From Candidatus Heimdallarchaeota archaeon (GTDB lineage: Archaea; Asgardarchaeota; Heimdallarchaeia; Heimdallarchaeales; Heimdallarchaeaceae): DNA of 64,000 nucleotides. Each line of letters opens with the position of its first letter. Position 1 is the stretch's first letter. A program made the translations under genes and the position numbers. Positions 20,316-30,647 of the stretch are shown piece by piece. The notes under the pieces were generated by a model, which did not search any database, was not told the origin of the DNA, and saw only the letters and a program-made list of their open reading frames with translations. The DNA is taken from assembly GCA_019057815.1 (NCBI GenBank), contig JAHLWR010000006.1, positions 96,001-160,000 of the forward strand, given 5' to 3'.

Positions 20316-20987
20316 TTGACTGAAATGGAAATAGAAAATGAGACTTTAGATACAAGTGAATATGCTCATTCAACCTTTTTGAGAAGAATAGTTGGTCATC
20401 ATCTCCTCGATTCTAAGAGTTATCAAAGTATGAGCACTGTTTATTTAATAATTATACCAGTAATAATTTTGCTAATTCTAGTTAGTTTAAGACTTGCTAT
20501 TTTTGCATCATTAATAAGCAATATTACATTTGATCCTTCAATAGATGAAGTTTTCAAAAATTTTAAGGAAAGTTACTATATAGCAACCCCTCTATCTTCT
20601 ATATTACAAGTACTATTTTGGGGAGTGATTATGTTTGGGATTTTTCGCTATCTTGGAGGAAAAGGGAAGGTTGGTAAAACTCTAGCTATATATTGTATAT
20701 CCTTAATTCCTGTAGTACTCGGAACAGCAGTTTTACTCATTTTTGCTTCAACACAACCCAGTCTTTTAATAATTTCAAATTCGACAGATTTTGTCATTGA
20801 AGGTTCGTTTAAAGGTTTTACCGGTTTCAATCTAGCAAATAATATTCTAATTCCTATAGTTTACCTTTATTCACATATTATTGCAGCTGTTGGTTTAAGT
20901 GTAGAGCACAAAATTCCCCTTGTAATAGGTGGGTTAGTAACGGGAATGGCCTATATTGCTTCAATGGTTTTTTACTTTTTAGTGTAA
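20316..20987 (+). CDS. Yip1-domain membrane protein
   Basis: About 5 TM helices, LGGKG...KTLAIY..SLIP pattern, GLSVEHKI. Confidence 0.7.
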   Translation: MTEMEIENETLDTSEYAHSTFLRRIVGHHLLDSKSYQSMSTVYLIIIPVIILLILVSLRLAIFASLISNITFDPSIDEVFKNFKESYYIATPLSSILQVLFWGVIMFGIFRYLGGKGKVGKTLAIYCISLIPVVLGTAVLLIFASTQPSLLIISNSTDFVIEGSFKGFTGFNLANNILIPIVYLYSHIIAAVGLSVEHKIPLVIGGLVTGMAYIASMVFYFLV

Positions 20988-21031
20988 ACCCATTAAGCAA
21001 AGCTTTTATTTCACTACTCCTTTTTCCAGTA

Positions 21032-21598
21032 ATGAGTAGCGACAAATTTTTTGTTCATAGTAGCGCTTTTGTGGAAGATAATGTAACCATAGGTGATGGA
21101 ACCAAGATATGGCACCAAACCCAAGTTAGAAAAGGTGCAAAACTTGGGAAAAAATGTATATTGGGTAAATCTGTCTTTGTAGACTTTGACGTCTCAATTG
21201 GCGACAATGTAAAAATTCAGAATTTGGTTTCTGTTTATCATGGTGTTACAATTGAAGACGATGTGTTTGTGGGACCACATGTTTGTTTTACTAATGATTA
21301 TCTCCCCAGAGCCACAAATCCGGATTGGAAACTAGTTGAAACATTAATTGAGAAAGGGGTATCTATAGGCGCGAATTCAACAATTCTTTGTGGAATCACG
21401 CTAGGATCTTACTCAATGATAGGAGCTGGAAGCGTTGTGACAAAAGATGTACCAGCATTTGCTTTAGTTTTTGGAAATCCTGCAAGATTTCAAGGATATG
21501 TATGTTATTGTGGGAGTGTTTTGTTAAAAACAAAAGAAATCCTATCAATTGGAACCATGTTACAATGTGATAACTGCAAAAAAACAGTTGAACTCTAA
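21032..21598 (+). CDS. Hexapeptide-repeat N-acetyltransferase (WbpD-like) with C-terminal Zn ribbon
   Basis: IGDGTKIWH, VKIQN, FTND..PR, IGAGSVVTKDVP, GNPAR, CYC...CDNC. Confidence 0.9.
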   Translation: MSSDKFFVHSSAFVEDNVTIGDGTKIWHQTQVRKGAKLGKKCILGKSVFVDFDVSIGDNVKIQNLVSVYHGVTIEDDVFVGPHVCFTNDYLPRATNPDWKLVETLIEKGVSIGANSTILCGITLGSYSMIGAGSVVTKDVPAFALVFGNPARFQGYVCYCGSVLLKTKEILSIGTMLQCDNCKKTVEL

Positions 21599-21677
21599 GA
21601 AAGGCGAAATTACAACAAAGTTTAAATGTTTATTTTGGAGAAACTAATAATGTCGATAACTGGGGCAAATATGATGG

Positions 21678-21701
21678 TGTTACAAATGTATAAATGTAAC
21701 A
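21678..21701. promoter_or_regulatory. Inverted repeat TGTTACA-N10-TGTAACA upstream of RHH gene
   Basis: 7-bp perfect arms about 55-80 nt upstream of the RHH start. Confidence 0.4.
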
Positions 21702-21754
21702 AATTCTGTACCATTAGTGATTCATAAGTGAACAAGAAAAATAGGTGAACTAGA

Positions 21755-21967
21755 GTGAATTTAATTTCTATCCGACTTCCGAGTGAATTTGTTGAAATTA
21801 TAGATGAAATGGTAATGCAAGGAAAATTTGCTTCAAGATCCGAAGCCATTAGACTTGCACTTAGAGACTATTACCGTGAACACTATTCTAATCGACAATC
21901 AACAGATTTCAGCTTTCCAAATGTGGAATATGCAGCTTATCGTAACATAATCTATAAGGAAGACTAA
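21755..21967 (+). CDS. Ribbon-helix-helix (CopG/CdrS-like) regulator
   Basis: LISIRLP...IDEMV..G.FASRSEAIR.ALRD; GGTGA RBS. Confidence 0.9.
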   Translation: MNLISIRLPSEFVEIIDEMVMQGKFASRSEAIRLALRDYYREHYSNRQSTDFSFPNVEYAAYRNIIYKED

Positions 21968-22130
21968 GGCGTGGTTTGAGGGGTTCAAGCAAAAAGTCTC
22001 CTTTTTTTTTCATAGTTTAGGATAAACGTTATCTTTAACAGAGAGAAGAAGAATTTTTTAATATCTAAACAAAATGTTGATTTGTAGTCACAAGTACAAT
22101 ATTAACTGTTTCTTTACAAGGTGAAATTAA

Positions 22131-23129
22131 GTGGAGAACGATTCCAAACAAAAGCATAAGGTGAAAAATAAAACAACTATTGAATCAGATGATTCTGTAA
22201 AAAAAGTTGACATTTTTTACCAGAATGTAAAGCAAAGTCTTAATCCTATTATGCACTTTGCTAAAAAGAAAATTGTTCGTTATACGCTCTCCTTTCTTAT
22301 TTTGACTATCGTTGTTTATTTTTATGTTCTCTTTGAAAGTAGAGGAACATCAAACCAAGTACATGTATTCTTTTTTGATATGTCCCCCGATTTCTTAGTT
22401 CCTATTGGTTTAGTTCTAGCACTTTTAGCTCTTTTGTATGTTAGTTGGGATGATGAATTCTTTAAAAAATACCGTGGAGCAGGTTTTTTTCTTATCGTAC
22501 TAACAGCTATTTTCTATACTTTTATTTTCACAGGAATTGATCAATATCTATTTGACCTCTCAATAGCAAAGTGGTTAACACGTTTAACAGGAACTATTGT
22601 TACTTCTATACTTATGTTATTTGGGATGAATATAACTGGTACTACTTGGGATTCTGATCGTGGGATAACAATTGTTTCTTTTAATGGTCCAAGCGATGCT
22701 TCAGTCATAGGGATTGACGCTGCTTGCAGTGGTATTCACTCTTTGACAATCTTTATTGTTGTATTTTTTGTTATGATTTTAGAAGCTCGGAAAAGGCTAG
22801 CATGGAATTATAAAATAGCTGTTATAACTCTTTTCGGGATTTTAGGAACCTATTTTGTCAATCTTATAAGGGTAAGCATAATCCTTACAATTGATTATTT
22901 TAAGGGTTGGGATGTTGCAGGGCCAATTCATAATTATCTAGGGTATGTGTTCCTAATGGTATGGATTCCACTCTTCTGGTTTTTTGTACTCTCGTGGGGG
23001 CAAAAGGGAAAATCAAAAAAAGATTTGATGGAAACCATTATTACAGATACAGATTCTGAAAAACCAACAGATACAGAAGTAAAAGAAGATACAACATCAA
23101 AGATGATTCATGACATGGATGCAAATTAA
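22131..23129 (+). CDS. Exosortase/archaeosortase family transpeptidase
   Basis: Multi-TM; catalytic Cys (ACSG), Arg (NLIR), His (IHNYLG). Confidence 0.88.
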   Translation: MENDSKQKHKVKNKTTIESDDSVKKVDIFYQNVKQSLNPIMHFAKKKIVRYTLSFLILTIVVYFYVLFESRGTSNQVHVFFFDMSPDFLVPIGLVLALLALLYVSWDDEFFKKYRGAGFFLIVLTAIFYTFIFTGIDQYLFDLSIAKWLTRLTGTIVTSILMLFGMNITGTTWDSDRGITIVSFNGPSDASVIGIDAACSGIHSLTIFIVVFFVMILEARKRLAWNYKIAVITLFGILGTYFVNLIRVSIILTIDYFKGWDVAGPIHNYLGYVFLMVWIPLFWFFVLSWGQKGKSKKDLMETIITDTDSEKPTDTEVKEDTTSKMIHDMDAN

Positions 23130-23169
23130 AGAGTTCTTTTCTTATATTATGAGTCTGAAAGAAGAAAGA

Positions 23170-24339
23170 CTAACCTAGTATTTTTTCATATATGGTCTGA
23201 GTTGCTGCTGCTGTATTTTTCCATGAGTATCTAAGCGCTATTTCTTTAGATTTCTCTCTAACTTCGATGATTTTCTTAGGATTATTGTAAAGTTCAACAA
23301 TTTTTTCTGCGAAACTATTTACTGTTCTTTTGCAAATACTTATAGTATTATCATGTTCAAAAGTTACAGCATCAGGCGTTGAAACTATTGGTGTCTGACA
23401 TGCTAGTGCTTCCAGTAATGTTAAGTTCATTGCTTCATGACTAGAAGGAAGTAAGAAAATATCAAGAGAGCTGTAAAAACTGCTTTTTTTACTGTCACCG
23501 TGGATATAATCCATTACTTCAATGTTTTTGGAAAGATTGTATTTTTCGGTTAGAAAATCGATTTTCTTTGTAACATTAGAGAAATCTCCTGCAAGGAGTA
23601 GTTTAACTTTAGGTACTTGTTCTTTCACTTTACTCAATATAGGAAACAATAACATCGTTCCTTTTGCAACCATCAATCGCCCCATATACCCTAAGACAAG
23701 ATCATCTCCTTTTTTCTCGTAAGTTTTTTGATCTGTATAATGTATATTTGTCATGTCAACACCATTTGATATGACAGCAATCTTACTTTCTTCAATCTGA
23801 TAGTGTTGGATGAGTTCATTTTTAATGACATCGCTTACTGCAATAAGGTGGTTCGCTCTTTGTAATAGTTTTTCTTCTATTTTCTTCAACCAAGGAAAAG
23901 CAAAAAACAATCGTTTCTCAACCCAATTTAAAGATGAAAACGATTCTCCTTGTATTCCCCTTCTTTCCCTTGTAAAAGTTGTATGAATTGTTTCTACGAT
24001 AGGATACTCGTTTTTAATGCCTTTTGATGCAAGGAGATTCATGTTTCCATGTACAATTGTTGGCTTTATTCTGTCAACTTCCTTCCTTGATTTTTTCCAA
24101 TAACTACGAGAATAGAAAAATTTGGATTTCGATGTTTCTACTAATTGCAAATTAAAGGGATATTCTTCAACTTCCTGTCTAGATTTATCATTTCGAAGCG
24201 CACAAATAATGTGCGATTCCCATTCTCCTAACTTCACTAAAGCTTCTGCTAAACGTGAACAATAAACCCATGTCCCACCTTTTTTGTACTCTTGGGTGAG
24301 CATACATACTGATTTACTGTTCATTTTTTGTTCCTCCAC
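23170..24339 (-). CDS. Glycosyltransferase family 4
   Basis: GG, AVS, NGVD, GRL..KG, EX7E (EAMNLTLLE), YSW. Confidence 0.92.
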   Translation of the reverse strand: MEEQKMNSKSVCMLTQEYKKGGTWVYCSRLAEALVKLGEWESHIICALRNDKSRQEVEEYPFNLQLVETSKSKFFYSRSYWKKSRKEVDRIKPTIVHGNMNLLASKGIKNEYPIVETIHTTFTRERRGIQGESFSSLNWVEKRLFFAFPWLKKIEEKLLQRANHLIAVSDVIKNELIQHYQIEESKIAVISNGVDMTNIHYTDQKTYEKKGDDLVLGYMGRLMVAKGTMLLFPILSKVKEQVPKVKLLLAGDFSNVTKKIDFLTEKYNLSKNIEVMDYIHGDSKKSSFYSSLDIFLLPSSHEAMNLTLLEALACQTPIVSTPDAVTFEHDNTISICKRTVNSFAEKIVELYNNPKKIIEVREKSKEIALRYSWKNTAAATQTIYEKILG

Positions 24340-25234
24340 TTACTAGTGAGCTCTGATTTAGTGTTGGCCAATTTTTTTTAGATTTAAAGAGTGATGAATG
24401 TGTTATTAACTTCATATCATATTTCATAGCTTTTTCGATGATTTTTGATAATACTTTTTTCATTTTGACAGGTTCAAATATTGCATGTACATAAAGGCAA
24501 ACATAATTCTTTCCTTGATCAATGTATTCTCTAAATCGTTTTTTATAGAACCTTTCTATTTTTTCCGTTGAATAACCTCGCTGTAATAGTTGTTCTATTG
24601 TAGGTTCTGTTACAGGAAATTGAATTACTGATTTTTCTTGTTCCTTTTTTTCATCATTTTCGTATTTTAAGTAGAATGGGTGAGGATAGCAAAAATCAGC
24701 TGCAAACTCAAAACCCTTATCGTTTAATATTTGAAAATAGTATGGATTTACAATAAAATTTGGAGATGCATTTCCTCTGGGAAATTGGTCAAAAACCTTA
24801 TGAAATTCTTGTTTTGTAGCTTCAAGAAAATATTCAGTTTGTTCTTGATTGAATGAGCTGAAATGCCTGCTCCAGTTAATATGATTATAACCATGAGCAT
24901 AGAATTCTACCATTTCGTTTTTTTCATACTCTCTCAATTGTTTTGCTTCTTTCATTCCAATATATTTAGATGGTAACACGATTCCACGCAAAATATCCTT
25001 CCAATGATTCCTATTTAATATTGAAATCCTTCTACCTAAAACTTTCTCCTTCTCCTTAAGTATTCGAAATATATTCCTCCCAGTTGCATATTTTCCCATA
25101 CTCAAGTAAAAACTTGTAGGACACTCGTGTTGGTTTACAAAATAGACGGTCTTTGGAATACCTTTTTTTATTCCTTCAAAAGTATCTACGTCGACTCTTA
25201 AACAGAAATTTGTTTCAGTTTGCATTACTTTCAC
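24314..25234 (-). CDS. ArnD-like NodB/CE4-fold deformylase/deacetylase
   Basis: LRVDVDTFEG..KGIP, SFYLSMG..TGRNIFR, HGYNH..W, VHA..E match the ArnD pattern (LRIDVDT..G..EGVP). Confidence 0.8.
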   Translation of the reverse strand: MKVMQTETNFCLRVDVDTFEGIKKGIPKTVYFVNQHECPTSFYLSMGKYATGRNIFRILKEKEKVLGRRISILNRNHWKDILRGIVLPSKYIGMKEAKQLREYEKNEMVEFYAHGYNHINWSRHFSSFNQEQTEYFLEATKQEFHKVFDQFPRGNASPNFIVNPYYFQILNDKGFEFAADFCYPHPFYLKYENDEKKEQEKSVIQFPVTEPTIEQLLQRGYSTEKIERFYKKRFREYIDQGKNYVCLYVHAIFEPVKMKKVLSKIIEKAMKYDMKLITHSSLFKSKKNWPTLNQSSLVSGGTKNEQ

Positions 25235-25244
25235 ATTTTTCTCT

Positions 25245-26465
25245 TTATTTTTCTAAAGCTCTTAAGTAAATTTGCTCTATTTCTTCAGCCTTTTTCTCCC
25301 ATGAGTAGTGTTTTAATATTTCTTCATTTCCATTCTTCGCCATTTCTTCAGCTTTCTCATTTGATTGTAGAATCTCAAGTGTTCCCTTGGCAATTTCTGC
25401 AGGATTCATTGAGGGGACTAGCACACAATTTTTCCCGTAGTTTGAAATTTCTCTTATACCCGGGATATCAGAAGCTACAACTGGTTTTCTCATAGCCATT
25501 GCTTCTAGAACACTTATGCTCGATGCTTCTACAATGCTCGGTACAACAACAACGTCTGCTGCGGAGAGATATGAAGGTATAGTAGAATTAGGTAACATTC
25601 CTATCAGTTCAACATTAGATTCAAGATTCAGATTTTGCACTTCTCTCTGAATTGTTAATTTTTCTGGACCGTCTCCAATTATTATCAATTTTGAAGTAGG
25701 GAATTCCTCAATTATTTTCTTGAAAGCTTTAGTTAAAAATAAAACACCGTTTTTCACCACTAAACGACGCGTAGTCATTATTATTGGTCCTTTTTCATCT
25801 ATAAGCTTCTCATTAGGTTTAACATTTGAGTTGAATTTCTTTGTGTCTACTCCATTAAGAACCGTTAAGATTTTGTCGTGAAATTTCGGTTTGGACCAAC
25901 TTTTTACTAGATTTGCAAATTCGTAATCCGTATGAATCTGGTAGTGACATTTTTTTGTTAGTAAAGGTGCTAATCTACGTTCCATAGATCTGTATAAACC
26001 AGCAACAAAACGGTTTTTGGTTAAATGTTTCCAGTGTTTATAGTAAGAACCATGAATCGTGTTGATAATTTTTGCTCCTCTTTTTTTCCCTAGTAAGTAA
26101 GCAGCTAATCCTGAAGAATAAATGTGTCCGTGGAATATGTCGAAATCCTCCCATTCTTTCAATTTTATGGATTTAATTGCTACTTTAGTTAAGAAAAATA
26201 ATTGGCGTAAGAATTTCAATTGTTGTGGATCATAAGCTCTCCGAATCAATGAACAAAAGTCGAGTCTCTGGATATCAATACCTTCTAACTGTTTTTTTTC
26301 TTCATTGTCCGGAATCGCCCCAGTTATGTACGTGATTTTATGTCCTCTTCGAGCTAGTTCCTTTGAAAGGTTATAAGCATGTAACTCTACTCCTCCTCCA
26401 ATACTTCCTGCATCGTCAGGACCGAGTTCGAATAAAGTTGCTATATGTAAGGGCATTGATTTCAC
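25245..26465 (-). CDS. Glycosyltransferase family 4
   Basis: GGGVE, TIHG, NGVD, RL..KNG, GDGP, EX7E (EASSISVLE), YSW. Confidence 0.93.
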   Translation of the reverse strand: MKSMPLHIATLFELGPDDAGSIGGGVELHAYNLSKELARRGHKITYITGAIPDNEEKKQLEGIDIQRLDFCSLIRRAYDPQQLKFLRQLFFLTKVAIKSIKLKEWEDFDIFHGHIYSSGLAAYLLGKKRGAKIINTIHGSYYKHWKHLTKNRFVAGLYRSMERRLAPLLTKKCHYQIHTDYEFANLVKSWSKPKFHDKILTVLNGVDTKKFNSNVKPNEKLIDEKGPIIMTTRRLVVKNGVLFLTKAFKKIIEEFPTSKLIIIGDGPEKLTIQREVQNLNLESNVELIGMLPNSTIPSYLSAADVVVVPSIVEASSISVLEAMAMRKPVVASDIPGIREISNYGKNCVLVPSMNPAEIAKGTLEILQSNEKAEEMAKNGNEEILKHYSWEKKAEEIEQIYLRALEK

Positions 26466-27460
26466 TTTTCATTTGATTTGAATATTTCTTGTAAGATGCC
26501 AATACTCCACCATATATGACCAATTATATACATGATTGGAAGTAAATAGAGAAATTTTGCTTTTTTATATTTAATAGTTAGAATGACTGAATAAAATAAC
26601 AAAATCACAATATACAACCCCACATATCCACTGAAAATATATAACAATATGTGCTGGATAAAGGAGCATATTCCAAATAAGAAGCTTATTCCAAGTAAGA
26701 TTAGTGTGATGTAATGTAGTGGTGGTATTAAGTGCCAGAACTCTAAACCTGTACGATGAACTCTAAAGAATTGTATTTTGCCTTTTGCATATTTTTTCGA
26801 TTTATTTCGTAGAGATTTGAAGTTTTGGGGTCTTTGATGAAATACAACTGCATCTGGTGTAAAGAAGAGGAGATACCCTTTTCGGATTAACCTGAAATTA
26901 ATATCTGTATCTTCCGCAGTTATTAGAGATTCATTGAAAGGCATCACTTCTTCTAGATATTCTTTCTTGTATGCAACATTACATCCTGCTGCACTACTGA
27001 CATATCTTTTCTTTTTGTTGAAAATACTTTGAGACTGTTCAGACCAACTTCCACCTATAAATGATTGGTATACCGCACTTACTGCTTTCCCAAAGGTGGA
27101 TTCATTTGGATATTCAATATTGGGACCCGTTATAGCTACTACTATTCCTTCATGTTCTTCAGAAAATGCTTCAACTAAAGTCTCAATCCAATCTTCCTTT
27201 GCAATACAGTCAGAATCAGTAAAAATAATGATTTCTCCTTGAGCTTGTAGAATTCCAACATTACAAGCAGCTGCTCTTGAACCTCCATTCTCAAACAAAA
27301 TCTTACAACCAAACTCTTCAGCTATTTCAACGGTTTCATCTTTTGAATGTCCATCAATTATGATGATTTCATCTGGCTTTTTTGTTTGATTTTGAACAGA
27401 TATAAGGCATTCTTTCAATGTTTTTGCGTTATTGTAGGTTGGAATGAGAATAGATATCAT
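26462..27460 (-). CDS. Glycosyltransferase family 2 with C-terminal TM helices
   Basis: ISILIPTYN, IDG.S.D.T, DSD (DxD), EDTD, hydrophobic C-terminus. Confidence 0.93.
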   Translation of the reverse strand: MISILIPTYNNAKTLKECLISVQNQTKKPDEIIIIDGHSKDETVEIAEEFGCKILFENGGSRAAACNVGILQAQGEIIIFTDSDCIAKEDWIETLVEAFSEEHEGIVVAITGPNIEYPNESTFGKAVSAVYQSFIGGSWSEQSQSIFNKKKRYVSSAAGCNVAYKKEYLEEVMPFNESLITAEDTDINFRLIRKGYLLFFTPDAVVFHQRPQNFKSLRNKSKKYAKGKIQFFRVHRTGLEFWHLIPPLHYITLILLGISFLFGICSFIQHILLYIFSGYVGLYIVILLFYSVILTIKYKKAKFLYLLPIMYIIGHIWWSIGILQEIFKSNEK

Positions 27461-27462
27461 TG

Positions 27463-27990
27463 TTAAGTATCACTCTTTGAAATAATTATATCTTCTTCAA
27501 GCAAAAAATGTTTCCTCTTATAGCCACCAGTTTCATACATAACTTGTTGATATTCATGGATAGTTTGGGGACTATTTTTGAGCATTTGAACCACAATTTC
27601 CTTTATCTGTTGCCTCAATTCTTCTGTACCTAATTGTTCTGTTAACGGACAATACCATGTTAACCATCTCACAGAATATTCGTTTTCATTTTTTTTCTTT
27701 AATTTGAGAAAGATTGGAAAAAATTTACAATCTAAGGGTCGGTGATTATATATAGAGCACAATCCTTTCTCTGTTAGAAAATAACAGTCTTTGGTATCAC
27801 CTTTTTTGCTGACTACAAAAATGGGCTTTTTGTACGTGCCAATATTTAATATCCAATCTCCACCAACTGTTTTTTCTTTAATTATCTTAATGTCCTCAGA
27901 AGTTAAGCCTGGAGGAGTACTTCTACAACACTTACTACCGCAATTAGTTCTACATATTTCGATGCCTGATTCTTTTCTCATTTCACACAC
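27463..27990 (-). CDS. YkgJ-family (CxxCxxCC-type) Fe-S/Zn protein
   Basis: CRTNCGSKCC, CYFL...GLCSIY..RP..C..FP. Confidence 0.88.
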   Translation of the reverse strand: MCEMRKESGIEICRTNCGSKCCRSTPPGLTSEDIKIIKEKTVGGDWILNIGTYKKPIFVVSKKGDTKDCYFLTEKGLCSIYNHRPLDCKFFPIFLKLKKKNENEYSVRWLTWYCPLTEQLGTEELRQQIKEIVVQMLKNSPQTIHEYQQVMYETGGYKRKHFLLEEDIIISKSDT

Positions 27991-28005
27991 TACTTCCTGA
28001 CAGAA

Positions 28006-29277
28006 CTAGCTAAATTGAAAGGCTTCATTAACCATAGTTTCTAAATTATCTGCTGATTTGATGATTTTTAATAAACCAGATTCTTGTAATTCATAGACAG
28101 CTGGTCGAGGATATCCAAATTGCTCACTCATTGAAAGTGTGTATGCTCCACAGTTTAAAATTACAAGATAATCTCCTTCCTCAATTTTGAAATCAACTGA
28201 TTCATTTGATAAAACGTCAACAGGAAGGCATAAAGGCCCACCTATGCGGCAATATTGTCCTTTTCCTTTATCTTGCATTGGAAGGACTCCATAATTGGTA
28301 TACCGCATAGGAATTAGAGTGTTGGCACCAATGTCTGTAAATGCCCATTTTCTCCCCCAAGTTTTTTTTGTTCTCAACACTTTAGTTATAGCGATGAAGC
28401 TGTCTCCAACAAAATAACGCCCAAGTTCAAAAATGATCAATTTATTGTCAATATTAGAAATTATATCAGTTATTTGGGATCCTAATTTCTCTAAACTAAA
28501 CCCATTAGATTCTAATTCAGAGCGTGAAGTTAAACCTCCACCTAAATTGATTTCTTTAATTAGAATTCTGTGGTTTTGTTCTAGTTCTTTGATATAATCA
28601 TCTAGAAATCTTAAAAGCTCTTCATAAAAACTGTGAGACGCAATATTGGTTCCAACATGGACATGAACTCCTAAAGGTTCTAAGAATGGGCTTTCGCTAG
28701 CATATCTGTAAAGTTTTACAGCACGCGCAAAATCTATTCCCAGTTTACTGTTCTTTTTAATTAACATTCTTTTTTCTGTTTCTTTTCTTAAATTAGGGTG
28801 TATTCTGACTGTAACGTGTTGAATTTTATCACTTTTTTCCGCTATTTTTTCTATCAGTTTTAATTCATTAATCGAATCAACATTTACTCTATCAATCCCT
28901 AAATCAGATGATAATTGCAATTCTTCCTCAGTTTTAGCAGGTCCATTGAAGATAATATCTTTAGCGTTAAACCCGCATTTCTCAGCAAGTTTTAATTCAA
29001 ACATGGACATAACTTCAACACCCATACCAACATTTTTAGCTACTGATAGCACTCTACCAAGATAATTGGATTTTACTGCATAAGAAATCATTAAATTCGA
29101 TATATTCTTTGATAAAGACACTTTAAGATGATTATAATTATCTTCAAAATGTTCAGGTAAGAAAACAAAGAAAGGCGTTTTTATATTCTTAGTACTGCTC
29201 TCAATAGATGCTCCACTAGCATAAAGAACATTGTTTTTGTATGATAAATATGAATATTTCTTCACTAAATTTTTCAT
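28006..29277 (-). CDS. Fold-type III PLP decarboxylase (LysA/ODC/BtrK family)
   Basis: YAVKSN (PLP Lys), FNGPAK, HVHVG, NLGGG, ELGR, GPLCLPVD, GAY. Confidence 0.9.
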   Translation of the reverse strand: MKNLVKKYSYLSYKNNVLYASGASIESSTKNIKTPFFVFLPEHFEDNYNHLKVSLSKNISNLMISYAVKSNYLGRVLSVAKNVGMGVEVMSMFELKLAEKCGFNAKDIIFNGPAKTEEELQLSSDLGIDRVNVDSINELKLIEKIAEKSDKIQHVTVRIHPNLRKETEKRMLIKKNSKLGIDFARAVKLYRYASESPFLEPLGVHVHVGTNIASHSFYEELLRFLDDYIKELEQNHRILIKEINLGGGLTSRSELESNGFSLEKLGSQITDIISNIDNKLIIFELGRYFVGDSFIAITKVLRTKKTWGRKWAFTDIGANTLIPMRYTNYGVLPMQDKGKGQYCRIGGPLCLPVDVLSNESVDFKIEEGDYLVILNCGAYTLSMSEQFGYPRPAVYELQESGLLKIIKSADNLETMVNEAFQFS

Positions 29278-29457
29278 TACTTTCTACCTAAACAGACCTT
29301 ACTGAGTTTTTAATATATGACAATTGTGTTTATCTGCTTAATTAGTTTGTTTACTTCTAGTAATTTAGTTTAAAATAGCATAGAATTTTCCATTTAAGTT
29401 TTATCAGTTTATCGTTCTAGCCACTAGATTTTTGAATGAAATTTCTTTCAGTATATT

Positions 29458-30621
29458 ATGGACAGACAACAAATTCAACTTCAACTGTCCGAAGTTCAAG
29501 ATAAAGTACTTTTAAGCGAGGGTGTACGAGGACTACTCAAATTTTTAGCTGTTATTGATCGCTTTCCAAATTCGGGAATACGAAGAATATCACGAGAAAC
29601 AGGTTTTCCAGTTCCTATTTGCGTCGCAATAAGAAATGAGTTCGTAAAGAAAGGTTGGTGTAAGAAAGGTAACGGAACTGTTGTGACTTCTGAAGGAAAA
29701 GATATTTTTCTATTTTTCAGCTCGCAGAATACAAGTTTTAGATGTGGAAACTGCGAAGAATATGGTGTGTTTTTCCCATTAAAGAACTATGAAAAAGAGT
29801 TAGAATTAATTAAGAAGTACACCCAATTAAGAGGACAACCAGATACAAAAATAGATCAGTCTTTCGCTACATCTCGAACTAGTCTATATAGAGCGCTCTA
29901 TATGATTCATAACTATGATCTGTTTTCAGGTGATTTTGCTTTAGTAGGTGATAGTGATTTAACAAGCATTGCAATCTCTCAATTTATCCCGAAATCTTCG
30001 AGAATAACGGTGTTTGATATTGACTCTAAACTTGAAAATATTATTAACACTGCAAACAAGGAACTTTCAAACAAGATTGAGTTTGTAAAACACGATTTGT
30101 ACCAACCTATACTAGAATCTTATCATGGAAAGTTTACGTGTATACATACAGATCCACCTTATACCAAGCAAGGATGTAAATTATTTATATCGAGAAGTGT
30201 AGATTTGATTAACAAAAAAACAGGTGGAGCAATATATTTGTCTTTTGGGAATAAACCACCAGTTGAAATGAAACAAATACAAGAAGATCTTCTAAAAATG
30301 GGTTGTGTAATAACTAATATTCTCCCTAATTTCAACAAATATATTGGTGCTCAAAAACTAGGCGGTGTTTCGACCTTTTATAGATTACAAGTTATTCCTT
30401 CAGCAATCCCTATCATAGATGGTAGATATGAAGGTATGCTTTACACAGGGGAAGTCAACCCCACTATTAGAAAATATAAATGTCAAAATTGCAATAGGAC
30501 AACAACTGTTGGAATTACAGAAGAGTTTTCAACAATTGAAGAGCTAAAAAATAAAGGGTGTCCCAAGTGTAAGATGAGCTCTTTTACAAAGATTAGCGAA
30601 AAAAAGAGGGAAGAATTTTAA
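29458..30621 (+). CDS. BpsA/DUF43-family SAM-fold aminopropyl- or methyl-transferase with C-terminal Zn ribbon
   Basis: DQ...T..T...R, VGDSDL.S, VFDID, TDPPYT..G...F.SR, CQNC...CPKC. Confidence 0.82.
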   Translation: MDRQQIQLQLSEVQDKVLLSEGVRGLLKFLAVIDRFPNSGIRRISRETGFPVPICVAIRNEFVKKGWCKKGNGTVVTSEGKDIFLFFSSQNTSFRCGNCEEYGVFFPLKNYEKELELIKKYTQLRGQPDTKIDQSFATSRTSLYRALYMIHNYDLFSGDFALVGDSDLTSIAISQFIPKSSRITVFDIDSKLENIINTANKELSNKIEFVKHDLYQPILESYHGKFTCIHTDPPYTKQGCKLFISRSVDLINKKTGGAIYLSFGNKPPVEMKQIQEDLLKMGCVITNILPNFNKYIGAQKLGGVSTFYRLQVIPSAIPIIDGRYEGMLYTGEVNPTIRKYKCQNCNRTTTVGITEEFSTIEELKNKGCPKCKMSSFTKISEKKREEF

Positions 30622-30647
30622 AACCATTAGAAGCTATTATTGTTATA

